Origin: Escherichia coli
GTDB lineage: Bacteria; Pseudomonadota; Gammaproteobacteria; Enterobacterales; Enterobacteriaceae
Direction: 5' to 3' (one strand)
Assembly: GCF_003018235.1 (NCBI RefSeq)
Contig: NZ_CP027437.1
DNA: 64,000 nt
The translations under genes and the position numbers were made by a program. The notes below the pieces were generated by a model. That model did no database searches and was not told where the DNA came from. It was given only the letters and a program-made list of their open reading frames with translations. Positions 35,197 to 46,252 of this stretch are shown here, one piece after another. Position 1 is the first letter of the stretch. Every line of letters begins with the position of its first letter.

Positions 35197-36447
35197 TTAA
35201 CTGTCGGACGCTGTCACCTGCGGCGGCGTCTGGCGAAAACGCCGCAACTCCACCAGCACCAGCAATAACAATACGCCGATAATCAACAAACCAAAACCGC
35301 TTGCGCTTGCGGAAGCAACCGGTGTCATCATCGCGCCCAAACCGCCCAGCAGCGCCGCGCCTATGGCATCGCCCGTCACGTTTTGTGCCGTCCACAAACC
35401 GTTAATCCGCCCTAACATCGCTTCCGGGGTTTGCGTTTGCAGCATTGTATATTGCAGCAACGAACTAACCGCGCTCAGCCAGCCGAATAGCGCCAGACAA
35501 ATCACGCCTAAAATCCACATCGGCATCAGGCCAAACAGCCCAATGGCGAGGAACGATCCCAGCGTGGAGAGCAGCATCAATAACCCTGGTCGCGCGCTAT
35601 GTGCCAGCTTCCCGCTGGTTAACGCGCCAATAGCCGCGCCGAGCGGGATCGCCGCATAGAGAAAACCAATCTGTGCCGCCGACATCTGCCAGTTGTCAGC
35701 CAGCGCCGGATACAGTACCCGCACCGCACTCGCCATCGTCAATAAACCACCCAGCAGCGCAATCCCTCCCACCAGCGGGCTGGCGAGCAGAAAACGAAAT
35801 CCTGCCAGTAATGATTTCAACGGATGCTCACGCGGCTGCGGTGGCGGTGGCAACGCCGGAAGGCTTAATAACGGCAGCAAGGTAATAAACGTGCCCGCCG
35901 CCGCCAGCCCGTAGTTCCAGGCTACGCCGCCGGTCGCCAGCAATAAACCGCCAATCATAGGCGAAATCACCGACCCCAGACGCACGGTCAACATGGTGAT
36001 CGCCCCGGCCTGCATTAAGTTTTCACGCCCTACCAGTGCAGGTGTCGCCGCCAGTAGCGCCGTAACGCCAAGCGATGCGAAAAAACCATCCCATAAACCG
36101 AGTAAATAGATTGCCAATAGAGATGGCTCCGGCAGCAGCGCGTTCAGGCACAGTCCAATGAAGCCAATGCCACAGGTGCCGCGCGCCAGCAAAATCACTT
36201 TTTTGCGCTCATAGCGATCCGCCAGCACACCGCCGACCATCAGGCCAACAAACATCGCGCCGCCGGTCAGCGTCACCGAAAGCCCCACCTGCCAGGTAGA
36301 ATGCGTCATCATCTGGATCTGCACTGGTACCGCGACGCCGAGCAAACCCAGAGACACAATTGAGATAAAACGAGCGAGGAATACTGCGCGAAACGCCGGG
36401 TGCGTTTTCAACAGGCTGAGGTTAAGCAGCCAGGATTGTTTATTCAT
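35197..36447 (-). CDS. entS: Enterobactin exporter EntS (MFS)
   Basis: 416-aa 12-TM MFS ORF, matches EntS/YbdA. Confidence 0.93.
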   Translation of the reverse strand: MNKQSWLLNLSLLKTHPAFRAVFLARFISIVSLGLLGVAVPVQIQMMTHSTWQVGLSVTLTGGAMFVGLMVGGVLADRYERKKVILLARGTCGIGFIGLCLNALLPEPSLLAIYLLGLWDGFFASLGVTALLAATPALVGRENLMQAGAITMLTVRLGSVISPMIGGLLLATGGVAWNYGLAAAGTFITLLPLLSLPALPPPPQPREHPLKSLLAGFRFLLASPLVGGIALLGGLLTMASAVRVLYPALADNWQMSAAQIGFLYAAIPLGAAIGALTSGKLAHSARPGLLMLLSTLGSFLAIGLFGLMPMWILGVICLALFGWLSAVSSLLQYTMLQTQTPEAMLGRINGLWTAQNVTGDAIGAALLGGLGAMMTPVASASASGFGLLIIGVLLLLVLVELRRFRQTPPQVTASDS

Positions 36448-36520
36448 TACAATGCCTTGCCATCAAATATTTTAAATACCTATTCTTAGGCTGCACATGC
36501 TAACATATCCAAATAAGATC

Positions 36521-36545
36521 GATAACGATAATTAATTTCATTATC
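36521..36545. promoter_or_regulatory. Fur box in the divergent entS/fepD promoter
   Basis: gataacgataattaatttcattatc, near-perfect Fur consensus, abutting the fepD start region. Confidence 0.65.
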
Positions 36546-36557
36546 ATGGAAGTTCGT

Positions 36558-37562
36558 ATGTCTGGTTCTGTTGCCGTGACACGCGCCATTGCCGTGCCCG
36601 GATTGCTGTTATTACTGATTATCGCGACGGCATTAAGCCTGCTCATTGGGGCAAAATCACTCCCCGCTTCCGTAGTGCTGGAGGCCCTCTCCGGCACCTG
36701 CCAGAGCGCCGACTGCACCATCGTGCTCGACGCGCGGCTGCCGCGCACCCTTGCCGGTTTACTGGCAGGCGGCGCGCTTGGGCTTGCCGGGGCGTTAATG
36801 CAAACCCTCACCCGAAACCCACTTGCCGACCCCGGCTTGCTTGGTGTGAACGCCGGAGCCAGCTTTGCCATTGTGCTGGGTGCGGCGCTGTTTGGTTACT
36901 CATCCGCGCAGGAACAACTGGCGATGGCCTTCGCCGGGGCGCTGGTGGCCTCATTGATTGTTGCCTTTACCGGCAGCCAGGGCGGCGGGCAGTTAAGTCC
37001 GGTGCGTTTAACCCTGGCGGGCGTGGCGCTGGCGGCGGTGCTGGAAGGGCTGACCAGCGGCATCGCCCTGCTTAATCCTGACGTCTACGATCAACTGCGT
37101 TTCTGGCAAGCCGGTTCGCTGGATATTCGCAATCTACATACCTTAAAAGTTGTGCTGATCCCGGTGCTGATCGCCGGAGCAACCGCGCTATTACTGAGCC
37201 GCGCGCTGAACAGTTTAAGCCTCGGCAGTGACACCGCGACGGCGCTGGGCAGTCGCGTGGCGCGCACACAGTTGATTGGTCTGCTGGCGATTACCGTGCT
37301 TTGTGGTAGTGCAACGGCGGTAGTTGGCCCGATTGCCTTTATTGGCCTGATGATGCCGCATATGGCGCGTTGGCTGGTGGGTGCCGATCATCGCTGGTCG
37401 CTGCCCGTCACGCTGCTTGCTACCCCTGCCCTGCTGCTGTTTGCCGATATCATCGGGCGGGTGATTGTGCCCGGCGAACTGCGAGTTTCCGTGGTCAGTG
37501 CGTTTATTGGTGCACCGGTGCTGATCTTCCTCGTGCGACGTAAAACGCGAGGTGGCGCATGA
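36558..37562 (+). CDS. fepD: Ferric enterobactin ABC transporter permease FepD
   Basis: Start set at the second in-frame ATG (MSGSVAVTRAIA..., 334 aa); an alternative ATG lies at 36546. Confidence 0.9.
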   Translation: MSGSVAVTRAIAVPGLLLLLIIATALSLLIGAKSLPASVVLEALSGTCQSADCTIVLDARLPRTLAGLLAGGALGLAGALMQTLTRNPLADPGLLGVNAGASFAIVLGAALFGYSSAQEQLAMAFAGALVASLIVAFTGSQGGGQLSPVRLTLAGVALAAVLEGLTSGIALLNPDVYDQLRFWQAGSLDIRNLHTLKVVLIPVLIAGATALLLSRALNSLSLGSDTATALGSRVARTQLIGLLAITVLCGSATAVVGPIAFIGLMMPHMARWLVGADHRWSLPVTLLATPALLLFADIIGRVIVPGELRVSVVSAFIGAPVLIFLVRRKTRGGA

Positions 37563-38551
37563 TTTACGTCTCTCGCCGATTAATTATCACCTGTTTGCTG
37601 CTGGTTTCCGCCTGTGTGGTTGCAGGTATCTGGGGATTACGCAGCGGTACCATCACGCTGGAAACCTCGCAGATATTCGCCGCGCTGATGGGCGATGCGC
37701 CGCGCAGTATGACGATGGTGGTCACCGAATGGCGTTTACCACGCGTGCTGATGGCGCTGTTGATTGGCGCGGCACTGGGCGTCAGCGGCGCGATTTTTCA
37801 GTCGCTGATGCGTAACCCGCTCGGTAGTCCTGACGTAATGGGCTTTAACACCGGGGCGTGGAGCGGCGTGCTGGTGGCGATGGTGCTGTTTGGTCAGGAC
37901 CTGACGGCTATTGCCCTGGCAGCAATTGTGGGCGGCATTGTCACTTCGCTGCTGGTCTGGCTGCTCGCCTGGCGTAACGGCATCGACACCTTTCGGTTGA
38001 TTATTATTGGTATCGGCATTCGCGCCATGCTGGTGGCCTTTAATACCTGGCTGTTGCTGAAAGCGTCTTTAGAAACGGCGCTAACAGCGGGTTTGTGGAA
38101 TGCCGGATCGCTCAACGGCCTGACGTGGGCAAAAACCTCGCCTTCCGCACCCATCATTATATTGATGCTAATTGCCGCCGCCTTACTGGTACGCCGGATG
38201 CGCTTGCTGGAAATGGGCGATGATACCGCGTGTGCGCTGGGCGTCAGCGTCGAACGTTCGCGTCTGTTAATGATGCTGGTTGCCGTAGTGCTTACCGCTG
38301 CGGCAACAGCGCTTGCCGGGCCGATTTCCTTTATTGCTTTAGTCGCGCCACACATTGCCCGCCGCATTAGCAGCACCGCTCGCTGGGGGCTGACCCAGGC
38401 GGCGCTGTGCGGGGCGTTGTTACTGCTGGCGGCCGATCTCTGCGCCCAACAACTGTTTATGCCGTATCAACTTCCGGTTGGCGTCGTTACCGTCAGCCTC
38501 GGTGGTATTTACCTTATCGTCTTGTTAATTCAGGAGTCTCGCAAAAAATGA
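37559..38551 (+). CDS. fepG: Ferric enterobactin ABC transporter permease FepG
   Basis: 330-aa ORF; ATGA overlaps with fepD and fepC. Confidence 0.93.
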   Translation: MIYVSRRLIITCLLLVSACVVAGIWGLRSGTITLETSQIFAALMGDAPRSMTMVVTEWRLPRVLMALLIGAALGVSGAIFQSLMRNPLGSPDVMGFNTGAWSGVLVAMVLFGQDLTAIALAAIVGGIVTSLLVWLLAWRNGIDTFRLIIIGIGIRAMLVAFNTWLLLKASLETALTAGLWNAGSLNGLTWAKTSPSAPIIILMLIAAALLVRRMRLLEMGDDTACALGVSVERSRLLMMLVAVVLTAAATALAGPISFIALVAPHIARRISSTARWGLTQAALCGALLLLAADLCAQQLFMPYQLPVGVVTVSLGGIYLIVLLIQESRKK

Positions 38552-39363
38552 CCGAATCAGTAGCCCGTTTGCGTGGCGAACAGTTAACCCTCGGATATGG
38601 CAAATATACCGTTGCGGAAAATCTGACTGTAGAAATTCCTGATGGTCACTTCACGGCAATTATCGGGCCAAATGGCTGCGGTAAATCCACGTTACTGCGT
38701 ACTTTAAGCCGCCTGATGACGCCTGCTCACGGGCATGTCTGGCTGGATGGTGAGCACATTCAACATTACGCCAGTAAAGAGGTTGCACGCCGGATTGGCC
38801 TGTTGGCGCAAAATGCTACCACGCCGGGCGATATCACCGTGCAGGAGCTGGTGGCGCGTGGACGTTACCCGCATCAACCGCTGTTTACCCGCTGGCGCAA
38901 AGAGGATGAAGAAGCGGTAACGAAAGCGATGCAGGCCACGGGAATCACTCATCTGGCAGATCAAAGCGTGGATACCCTTTCTGGCGGACAACGCCAGCGA
39001 GCGTGGATAGCAATGGTGCTGGCCCAGGAAACGGCAATTATGCTGCTCGATGAACCAACGACCTGGCTGGATATCAGTCATCAGATTGATTTGCTGGAAC
39101 TGTTAAGCGAACTGAACCGCGAGAAAGGCTATACCCTGGCGGCGGTGCTGCACGATCTTAATCAGGCCTGTCGTTACGCCAGCCATTTGATTGCATTGCG
39201 GGAAGGGAAAATTGTTGCTCAGGGAGCGCCGAAGGAGATTGTCACTGCTGAATTGATCGAGCGCATTTATGGTCTGCGCTGCATGATTATTGACGACCCG
39301 GTTGCCGGAACGCCGCTCGTGGTGCCGCTCGGACGAACGGCACCTTCAACCGCAAATAGTTAA
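38548..39363 (+). CDS. fepC: Ferric enterobactin ABC transporter ATPase FepC
   Basis: Trimmed to MTESVARLRGEQL... (271 aa); Walker A GPNGCGKST, ABC signature LSGGQRQR. Confidence 0.95.
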   Translation: MTESVARLRGEQLTLGYGKYTVAENLTVEIPDGHFTAIIGPNGCGKSTLLRTLSRLMTPAHGHVWLDGEHIQHYASKEVARRIGLLAQNATTPGDITVQELVARGRYPHQPLFTRWRKEDEEAVTKAMQATGITHLADQSVDTLSGGQRQRAWIAMVLAQETAIMLLDEPTTWLDISHQIDLLELLSELNREKGYTLAAVLHDLNQACRYASHLIALREGKIVAQGAPKEIVTAELIERIYGLRCMIIDDPVAGTPLVVPLGRTAPSTANS

Positions 39364-40493
39364 ACTAAGTGGTCTGCTATCATGGCATCCTGTTTTCTGG
39401 ATGCCATCGCATAGCGCAACAGCACGCCACCACAAGCCACCATCCCGCCGATCATCGCAGAAAGGATCACAATAATCGCCTTACCCGGACCGTCTTTTTT
39501 CACTGGCAATGACGGGCTTAACTGATATTTAAACGGCGTAAAATTCACATCGTTGATATTTGCTTTTGTTAACTGCTCAACAAGATACTGACGATTACGT
39601 AATTCACCGTTCAGTTCCGCAACGTTAGTAACCGCTTTTTCAATTTCCAGTTTGCGTTCAATACCGTCTGCGCCGAGAGAAATAGAGAAATCGGGGTCAT
39701 CTTTAACGGCCTGACCATTACTGTAAACGGGCTTTTTAATTCCTGCCGCGTTGGCAATGTCGAGTGAATAATTGAGGCGCTGAATGTTTGCATCAAGTTG
39801 ATTTTTCGTTTTAATGCGATCCTGAGCCAGTTTTTCTTTTTCAAACTGGGTTTTGATCTCCAGTTTATTACGGACGTTTTCTATCGACTCTTTCACCACC
39901 AACGCAGAGATATAATCGATATACCCGCTCAAAACGGTCTGCGCCTCTTCACTGGTTGGCGCGGTAAAACTTAGCGTCCAGGAGTTATACAGTGACGGTT
40001 CATCTTTTTTCTTACTGGCATTGTCATCAACCGCTTTCATTTTTTCGCTCAATGCGACAATTGCGCGATGCAAATCCAGCTCGTCGATTTTCGCCTCTTT
40101 TAATTGGTCCATCACATAAGGTGTTGAGCGCAGGTACTCTTCCAGCAAGCTAACCGACTGAAACTTCTTGATAAACAGGTTAAATGCTTCTGTACGATCA
40201 ATTTTGATATCCAGATCCAGCACACGAAGCTTAGTGAATGTTTTCTCAAGCGCCTGCCACTGAACAGGTTCTGGAGGCGTGACAACCGCCGCGCTGGTCC
40301 ATTTTTGCGGCAGGATGAAAGAGATCAGTAAACCTGCGCAGGCAAACGCAAAAACGACCGCCATGACCGTTTTTTTGGCCCGCCATAAAACTTCGATTAG
40401 ATTAAGTAAATCAATTTCATTATTACTGGGCGACGCCAGAGGATACTCGGGAAAATGAGTGTCACTTCCCTGTTTAATATTCAGTGATGACAT
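39360..40493 (-). CDS. fepE: Polysaccharide co-polymerase (O-antigen very-long chain length regulator) FepE
   Basis: Trimmed to MSSLNIKQGSDTHFPEYPLASP... (377 aa). Confidence 0.9.
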   Translation of the reverse strand: MSSLNIKQGSDTHFPEYPLASPSNNEIDLLNLIEVLWRAKKTVMAVVFAFACAGLLISFILPQKWTSAAVVTPPEPVQWQALEKTFTKLRVLDLDIKIDRTEAFNLFIKKFQSVSLLEEYLRSTPYVMDQLKEAKIDELDLHRAIVALSEKMKAVDDNASKKKDEPSLYNSWTLSFTAPTSEEAQTVLSGYIDYISALVVKESIENVRNKLEIKTQFEKEKLAQDRIKTKNQLDANIQRLNYSLDIANAAGIKKPVYSNGQAVKDDPDFSISLGADGIERKLEIEKAVTNVAELNGELRNRQYLVEQLTKANINDVNFTPFKYQLSPSLPVKKDGPGKAIIVILSAMIGGMVACGGVLLRYAMASRKQDAMIADHLV

Positions 40494-40650
40494 GGGGTAT
40501 AACCTGAAAATGAGTCCAATAAGAGTAAATCTCCACGGCCCCCACTCTACCAGTTGGTGAGATTTATCCGAAGCTGAAGTTTGTAAATTACTCCCACTGA
40601 ATGCAACATTCACTCTATTTCAGAGAAACACCCACCAAATTTATAAATTA

Positions 40651-40693
40651 AACAAATGATAAACCCATAATTATTTTCTGTAATTATGGGTTT
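40651..40693 (-). terminator. Rho-independent terminator downstream of entF
   Basis: aaacccataattattttctgtaattatgggttt perfect 13-bp-arm hairpin; minus strand has a U-rich tract after it. Confidence 0.55.
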
Positions 40694-40708
40694 ATAGATA
40701 ATATAAAT

Positions 40709-43700
40709 TTACTTATTTAGCGTCGCACGAATAATCGGCCCAATTTTTTCAAACGCCACCGGAGAGATAATATCCACATGCGCACAATCCTGACGATAGA
40801 TATCCAGCTCAGCAATCCACGGTGCCCAGGCCTGTTCAGGACTCATACCTTCCTGAAGCGTGCGTTCGGCAACAAATAGCGTCGCTTTACCATCAAACGG
40901 TACGCTATGAGCTGTCGTCAGCAGGCGCACAGCATCAGCGTAGTTGCCTTCAATGGTGGTAAACAACTCCGTTGAAGTACTTCCCTGCTGTGCCGCCAGG
41001 AAGGCTTCGCGCTCGCGGTTAATCTCCGCCAGCACTTCCGGGTCCAGACCATTAGCCTCTTTTTCCTGCCAGTTTTGCGTTTCTGGCGGCCAGGTATCCA
41101 GCAAGCCAAGAAATGCCACCTGTTCGCCACGGGCACGCAGTCGCGCCGCAATGCCCTGCGCCAGCGTACCGCCCAGCGAATACCCCAGCAGGTAATAAGG
41201 GCCGTGCGGTTGTTGTTCAAGTAACGTTGCCAGATGCGCTTCGCAGACTTCATCCAGGTTTGCCGCGGTCTGCATGGGGCCATGAGGGCGCGGCGACTGA
41301 ATGCCAATAATCGACCATTGTGGATCGAGATAACGCGAAAGCACGCTAAACTGCCAGGCAAAACCGGAGGCCGGATGGAAACAAAACAGCGTCGGGCCAT
41401 TACCTTCACGCAACGGCAGAATGGTTTCGAATCCCATGCGCTGGGTGCTGTCTTCTTCACCATCAATAATCGTTGCCAGTTTGGCGACAGTTGACGCGAC
41501 CATCACCTGCCCCGGCGTCACCTGGCGGGTAAACTGCCGACTTAACTGCGCAGCCAGTTTCATTGCCAGTAGCGAATGACCGCCAAGCGCAAAGAAATCA
41601 GCATCGGCATCCTGCACGTCACAACCCAGCAACGACGAGAATGCCGCGGCGATAATCGTTTCACTGCCCGCTTTCGGCGCACGCCCCGGCGCTTGTGCCT
41701 TCAGTTCAGGCAACGGTAAGGCTTTGCGATCCAGCTTGCCGTTGGCGCTAAGCGGCAACTGCGGAAGTTGCAGCAGAACCACGGGCACCATATGCGGTGG
41801 CAATGTTTCGCGCAACTGCGCCTGCAATGCAGTGGTATCCAGCGGCAGGCCTGATTGCGACACCAGATACCCAACCAACTGACGCGCATCGCCTCCCGTT
41901 GCGGCAGCCTGGTTAATGACGCAGGCGTGGGTAACGGCCTGTTCGACATCCGGCAGTGCCTGCATCACGCGATCGATTTCGCCCAGTTCAATACGCTGCC
42001 CGCGAATTTTTAGCTGATCGTCACTGCGCCCGAGGTACTCCACCGCGCCGTTATCCAGCCAGCGGGCAACGTCTCCGGTACGGTACATCCGTTCGCCAGG
42101 GGCAAAAGGATCGGCAATAAAGCGGCTGGCGGTCAGATCGGGTCGTCCAAGATACCCCTGCGCCAGTTGAATACCGGTGAGATAGAGATCTCCCGCCACA
42201 CCCGGCGGCACCGGATGCATCATCGCATCAAGAATACGCAGGCCCGTATTCCACACCGGATAACCAATCGGCACACTGCTGCCGCGCACCTGTGCCAGTT
42301 CCTCGCCAAAAGCCGGATACCAGCTGACATCTACCGCCGCTTCCGTCGGGCCATATAAATTATGCAACGGCGCGCTGGTTAACTGTTGCCATTCGCGGCA
42401 TAAATCAGCGGGTAAGGCCTCACCACTACAGAAAACCTGTTTCAACGTCGCGCAATTCTGACGAGCGGTTTGCGGAGTCAGCGATGCAACAAATGCCGCC
42501 AGCATCGACGGCACAAAGTGCGTGGTCGTTACACCATATTCGGCAAAGAATTGCTGCATAGCGAGCGGGTCGCGGTGCGCTTCCGGTTCAGCCATCACCA
42601 GTTTAGCCCCGGCAATAAACGGCCAGAAAAACTCCCACACCGAGACATCAAAACTGCACGGCGTTTTTTGGGCAACGACATCTTCGCCTGTAAGCGGGTA
42701 GTGGTTTTGCATCCAAAGCAGGCGGTTAACGATAGCCGTCTGCCCGACCATTACCCCTTTTGGTCTGCCGGTGGAACCTGAGGTGAAGATGATATAAGCC
42801 GTGTGGTGCGGTTGTGAAAGCTGCAGCGGCGCACTGCCCTGCGGTGTAAGCGGGGCGTTATAGCAAAGGTTGGTTAAATCTGGAACATCGGCAAAGCGCG
42901 GCAGTTGATCGTCGGTGGTGATTAACAGCGACGGACGCGCATCTTCCAGCATCATTTTCAAGCGATCGTCCGGATAACCGGTATCCAGCGGTAGCCAGGC
43001 CGCGCCAGCTTCAACTATCGCATGTAGCGCCAGGGTCAAAAAGACCGAGCGCGGTAGCGCCACCGCCACGCTGTCCCCTGGTTTAACGCCGCGCTCACGC
43101 AGCAGATTCGCCAGCGCCACCACCTGCTCGCGCATTTCCCGATAGCTGAACTGGTAACGCGCATCTGCCAGCGCCGGAGCATGCGGCGTTTTTGCCGCTT
43201 GTTCTGCCACCAGCGCGCTAAGCGTGGTTTCTGGAATCTCAACCTGAGTGGCGTTGATCTGCGCCAGCTGCGCATACTCACCTGGCAGCATAATATCGAC
43301 ATCGCCGCACAACAGCGCCGGATCCGCGGCGAACTGGGCAATCAGCATTTTCAGGCGTTCAGCATGCTGGATTAACGTTGGCTCATCGTAACGCTGTTTA
43401 TTGGCGAGGATCTCAATACTCAAATCACCGTGTTCATCCGGGAACAGTGCCAGTTCAAGGTCATTAACCGGACCGGTTGCTAGTGTATGGGTTTGCGCCT
43501 GAACACCAGGAATATCCAGTTGGTAATCAAATACCTTGATATTGAGTACCGGACCAAACAGCGGTTCATCACCTGCCGCTCGCCCGCTGTCACGGACAAT
43601 TTGTTCGGCATCGTAACGTTGATGACGACGCATTTTTTTCAGTTGTGCTGCCAGTCGGGTTGCCAGTTGCGGCAGCGTTTCTTGCGCCGCAATGTGAATA

Positions 43701-44590
43701 CCCAACGGTAAAACGTTGAGCACGGGTCCGGTAGCCGTCAGCGCCGCCGAGCCCAGTCGACGCATAAAGATAAATCCGGCAGCGTAGTCCATGCGGTTGC
43801 ACAATCGCCCCAGCCACAAAGCCGTCAGCGCAAGGGCTAAATCGGTACGCTGCACACCTGAAAGTTGCGTAGCCAGCTGGCGGAATTCCCCGTCGGTAAA
43901 TTCCAGTTTCAGGCGCAAAATATCTGCCGAAGCGCTGCGCCCCGGTAAAGGTGCCGGAGAAAGTGACGCGGGCGGTGGCAGTTGACGACGCTGTTCCGCC
44001 CAGAATGCCGCATCACGCTGCCAGGCTTCGCTTTCGCGGTATTGCTGGTACTCTTCCACTACATCAGCGAAAGGCGTAAACGGCGAAGCAGGCGTTGGTT
44101 CGCCACGCAGCAATGCGCAGTAAATATTGGCGATCTGGCGTGTAATGGCCGGGAAACTGAAGCCATCGACCAGCAAATGGTGATAACGCTGATACCAGTA
44201 CCAGCGGTTATCCGCCACCTGTATCAGTTGATGAAAGACCAGTGGTTTACCACTATCGACGCGCAGATCTTGTTGCAAATCCGCCTGCATTAATGCCCGC
44301 GCAGTACCGTGCGGATCAATGTTGGTTCGCAGGTCGATAATTTCTGGCAGTTCGAACGTCTGCGCATCATCGACCCACTGCCAGACTTCGCCGTTATCTT
44401 CCGTAAAACGCATCCGCAACGTATCTGCTTGCGCTAGTCCGGCAACCACCGCGCGGGCCAGTAATGGCGCATCAACCTCTCCGGTTAACTCAACGTAATG
44501 CGCCACGCTCCAGGCGGAGGGTAAATCCGACAGTTTTTCTGCCATCCAGATGCCGGGCTGTGCGGCGACCAAAGGTAAATGCTGGCTCAT
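40709..44590 (-). CDS. entF: Enterobactin non-ribosomal peptide synthetase EntF (C-A-PCP-TE)
   Basis: 1293-aa ORF with condensation, adenylation (serine-activating), PCP (GGHSL) and thioesterase (GYSLGG) domains. Confidence 0.97.
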   Translation of the reverse strand: MSQHLPLVAAQPGIWMAEKLSDLPSAWSVAHYVELTGEVDAPLLARAVVAGLAQADTLRMRFTEDNGEVWQWVDDAQTFELPEIIDLRTNIDPHGTARALMQADLQQDLRVDSGKPLVFHQLIQVADNRWYWYQRYHHLLVDGFSFPAITRQIANIYCALLRGEPTPASPFTPFADVVEEYQQYRESEAWQRDAAFWAEQRRQLPPPASLSPAPLPGRSASADILRLKLEFTDGEFRQLATQLSGVQRTDLALALTALWLGRLCNRMDYAAGFIFMRRLGSAALTATGPVLNVLPLGIHIAAQETLPQLATRLAAQLKKMRRHQRYDAEQIVRDSGRAAGDEPLFGPVLNIKVFDYQLDIPGVQAQTHTLATGPVNDLELALFPDEHGDLSIEILANKQRYDEPTLIQHAERLKMLIAQFAADPALLCGDVDIMLPGEYAQLAQINATQVEIPETTLSALVAEQAAKTPHAPALADARYQFSYREMREQVVALANLLRERGVKPGDSVAVALPRSVFLTLALHAIVEAGAAWLPLDTGYPDDRLKMMLEDARPSLLITTDDQLPRFADVPDLTNLCYNAPLTPQGSAPLQLSQPHHTAYIIFTSGSTGRPKGVMVGQTAIVNRLLWMQNHYPLTGEDVVAQKTPCSFDVSVWEFFWPFIAGAKLVMAEPEAHRDPLAMQQFFAEYGVTTTHFVPSMLAAFVASLTPQTARQNCATLKQVFCSGEALPADLCREWQQLTSAPLHNLYGPTEAAVDVSWYPAFGEELAQVRGSSVPIGYPVWNTGLRILDAMMHPVPPGVAGDLYLTGIQLAQGYLGRPDLTASRFIADPFAPGERMYRTGDVARWLDNGAVEYLGRSDDQLKIRGQRIELGEIDRVMQALPDVEQAVTHACVINQAAATGGDARQLVGYLVSQSGLPLDTTALQAQLRETLPPHMVPVVLLQLPQLPLSANGKLDRKALPLPELKAQAPGRAPKAGSETIIAAAFSSLLGCDVQDADADFFALGGHSLLAMKLAAQLSRQFTRQVTPGQVMVASTVAKLATIIDGEEDSTQRMGFETILPLREGNGPTLFCFHPASGFAWQFSVLSRYLDPQWSIIGIQSPRPHGPMQTAANLDEVCEAHLATLLEQQPHGPYYLLGYSLGGTLAQGIAARLRARGEQVAFLGLLDTWPPETQNWQEKEANGLDPEVLAEINREREAFLAAQQGSTSTELFTTIEGNYADAVRLLTTAHSVPFDGKATLFVAERTLQEGMSPEQAWAPWIAELDIYRQDCAHVDIISPVAFEKIGPIIRATLNK

Positions 44591-44805
44591 TGTGCCTCCT
44601 GCAACTGGGTGAAATTCGCCGGTGTCAGAGTACGCCAGTGGGCTTCAAGCCACTGCTGGCAGGACGCCTGTGACTGCGGCTGACACACAACGTCCCAGCC
44701 TGCCGGTAAGGCGCATTGTTGCGGCCACAGACTGAATTGCCCCTGCGCATTGCGCAAAATGTAAAACACGCCCTGCGGATCATCGAAGGGATTACTGAAT
44801 GCCAT
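44587..44805 (-). CDS. ybdZ: MbtH-like protein YbdZ
   Basis: Trimmed to MAFSNPFDDPQGVFYILRNAQGQFSLWP... (72 aa); overlaps the entF start by 4 nt. Confidence 0.9.
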   Translation of the reverse strand: MAFSNPFDDPQGVFYILRNAQGQFSLWPQQCALPAGWDVVCQPQSQASCQQWLEAHWRTLTPANFTQLQEAQ

Positions 44806-44807
44806 AT

Positions 44808-46010
44808 TCAACTCCTGTCATGGAAAAGTGGTTGCCAGAGGTCGATTAGCCCCTGCATCAAGCCACCGCGCCAACAAAGCGCATCATGTCCGCCGTCAAC
44901 CTGACGCCAGAAAATGGATTCTTTTATGGGGTGTAATTGCGCATACAGCGCCTGATTGGCCCGCATGATCATCGGCTCGCGAATACCCGCTTCCAGCACA
45001 ATGCGCAGACCTTCGGCGCTAACTTCACCAGCTTTAAGTTGCTCAAGTAAAACACCTTCTTGCTGCCCGCCCCGATGCGGCCACCAGTACGATCCTGACT
45101 GGCTTAATACACAGCCAAAGCGTTCAGGCCAGTGCAGTCCGGCATACAGCGCGGAAAGCCCACCAAAACTCTGCCCGGCGACCACGGTGCGATCGGCGCG
45201 ATCGCTAAAAGGGGCAATAGCTTTCACCAGGGGTAATAACTCTTGCTGTACTGCCAGCCAGAAATCCGCATTACACGGCAGTTCGTGGGCGCGGTGCGTG
45301 GTGTCGATAGCGTCGATCAACACATACACGGCGGGAGGAAGTTGCCGACGATGGGTCAGCGAAGTCAGCACAGGCCAGACGGGCATACTTTGCGCCCAAA
45401 ATTCGCCATCGAGCAAAACTGCCAGCGGGCGTTCTTCTGCTGTTACATCGCCGGTGGTAAAAATCCATACACGACGTGAATTTTTCAGCCGTTCACTTTT
45501 CCAGATAATTTCTTTGACAGGTATTTCTGGCGCTTGCGGACAATCCCATCCCGGTTGCAGAGGCGCTTGCGGCATTTCGAGTGCAGAAACAGCGTGCCCT
45601 CGCCCGCCTTTCCAGCTTTGTGGATTCAGCGGATCGGCTATCGCCTGGGGTAATAGTTTTCGCCAGCCTTCGCGTAATTCGAGGCGATCAGGGGATGGTG
45701 CAGAAAAAATGTCATCGCGTTCGGTGGGAATAAAGCAGTAGCTGCCGCGCCAGTTGGCATTGAGTTGTGTCGTCCACTGCCAGACATCAGTACCTGCAAT
45801 TCGCTGCATCGACTGGGGCTGGCTGTTCTGATGGTGATCGGTCACACCAGTGATGTAGACCCATACCCGCTTTATCGTCGAGTATTCTTCAGAACCTTGG
45901 GGATCACGCCACCAGAAAGTGACCTCAAACATTTCGTCATTCAGACGCTGCCATTCCGGGCCATGTTTCGACTGCCACCAGCTCTCACTTCCTACTTTTA
46001 ACGCCGTCAC
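44808..46010 (-). CDS. fes: Enterochelin (ferric enterobactin) esterase Fes
   Basis: 400-aa ORF with alpha/beta-hydrolase GQSFGG motif. Confidence 0.93.
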   Translation of the reverse strand: MTALKVGSESWWQSKHGPEWQRLNDEMFEVTFWWRDPQGSEEYSTIKRVWVYITGVTDHHQNSQPQSMQRIAGTDVWQWTTQLNANWRGSYCFIPTERDDIFSAPSPDRLELREGWRKLLPQAIADPLNPQSWKGGRGHAVSALEMPQAPLQPGWDCPQAPEIPVKEIIWKSERLKNSRRVWIFTTGDVTAEERPLAVLLDGEFWAQSMPVWPVLTSLTHRRQLPPAVYVLIDAIDTTHRAHELPCNADFWLAVQQELLPLVKAIAPFSDRADRTVVAGQSFGGLSALYAGLHWPERFGCVLSQSGSYWWPHRGGQQEGVLLEQLKAGEVSAEGLRIVLEAGIREPMIMRANQALYAQLHPIKESIFWRQVDGGHDALCWRGGLMQGLIDLWQPLFHDRS

Positions 46011-46057
46011 ACCATAACCCCATGTTTACTGTGCAATTTTTCATTGATTGCAGAAAT

Positions 46058-46090
46058 ATATTGATAATATTATTGATAACTATTTGCATT
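46058..46090. promoter_or_regulatory. Overlapping Fur boxes in the divergent fes/fepA promoter
   Basis: atattgataatattattgataactatttgc: tandem GATAAT hexamer repeats. Confidence 0.6.
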
Positions 46091-46252
46091 TGCAATAGCG
46101 TAATGGCGCGCCGTGGGAAGCGCGGACATTAATTAACCAACTGCACTGCGTGTCTTTCAGGATCAAAGGTTTTCGCGGTAGCGGGGTGCGTCGTATTGAT
46201 GACGACCATGCCTGACAGTTGCAATTCGTGGCAAAAATGCAGGAATAAAACA

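Noticed and set aside
40918-43341. Several 60-180-aa ORFs inside entF on both strands
   Set aside because: All are embedded in the 1293-codon entF NRPS frame; GC-rich antisense or out-of-frame artefacts.
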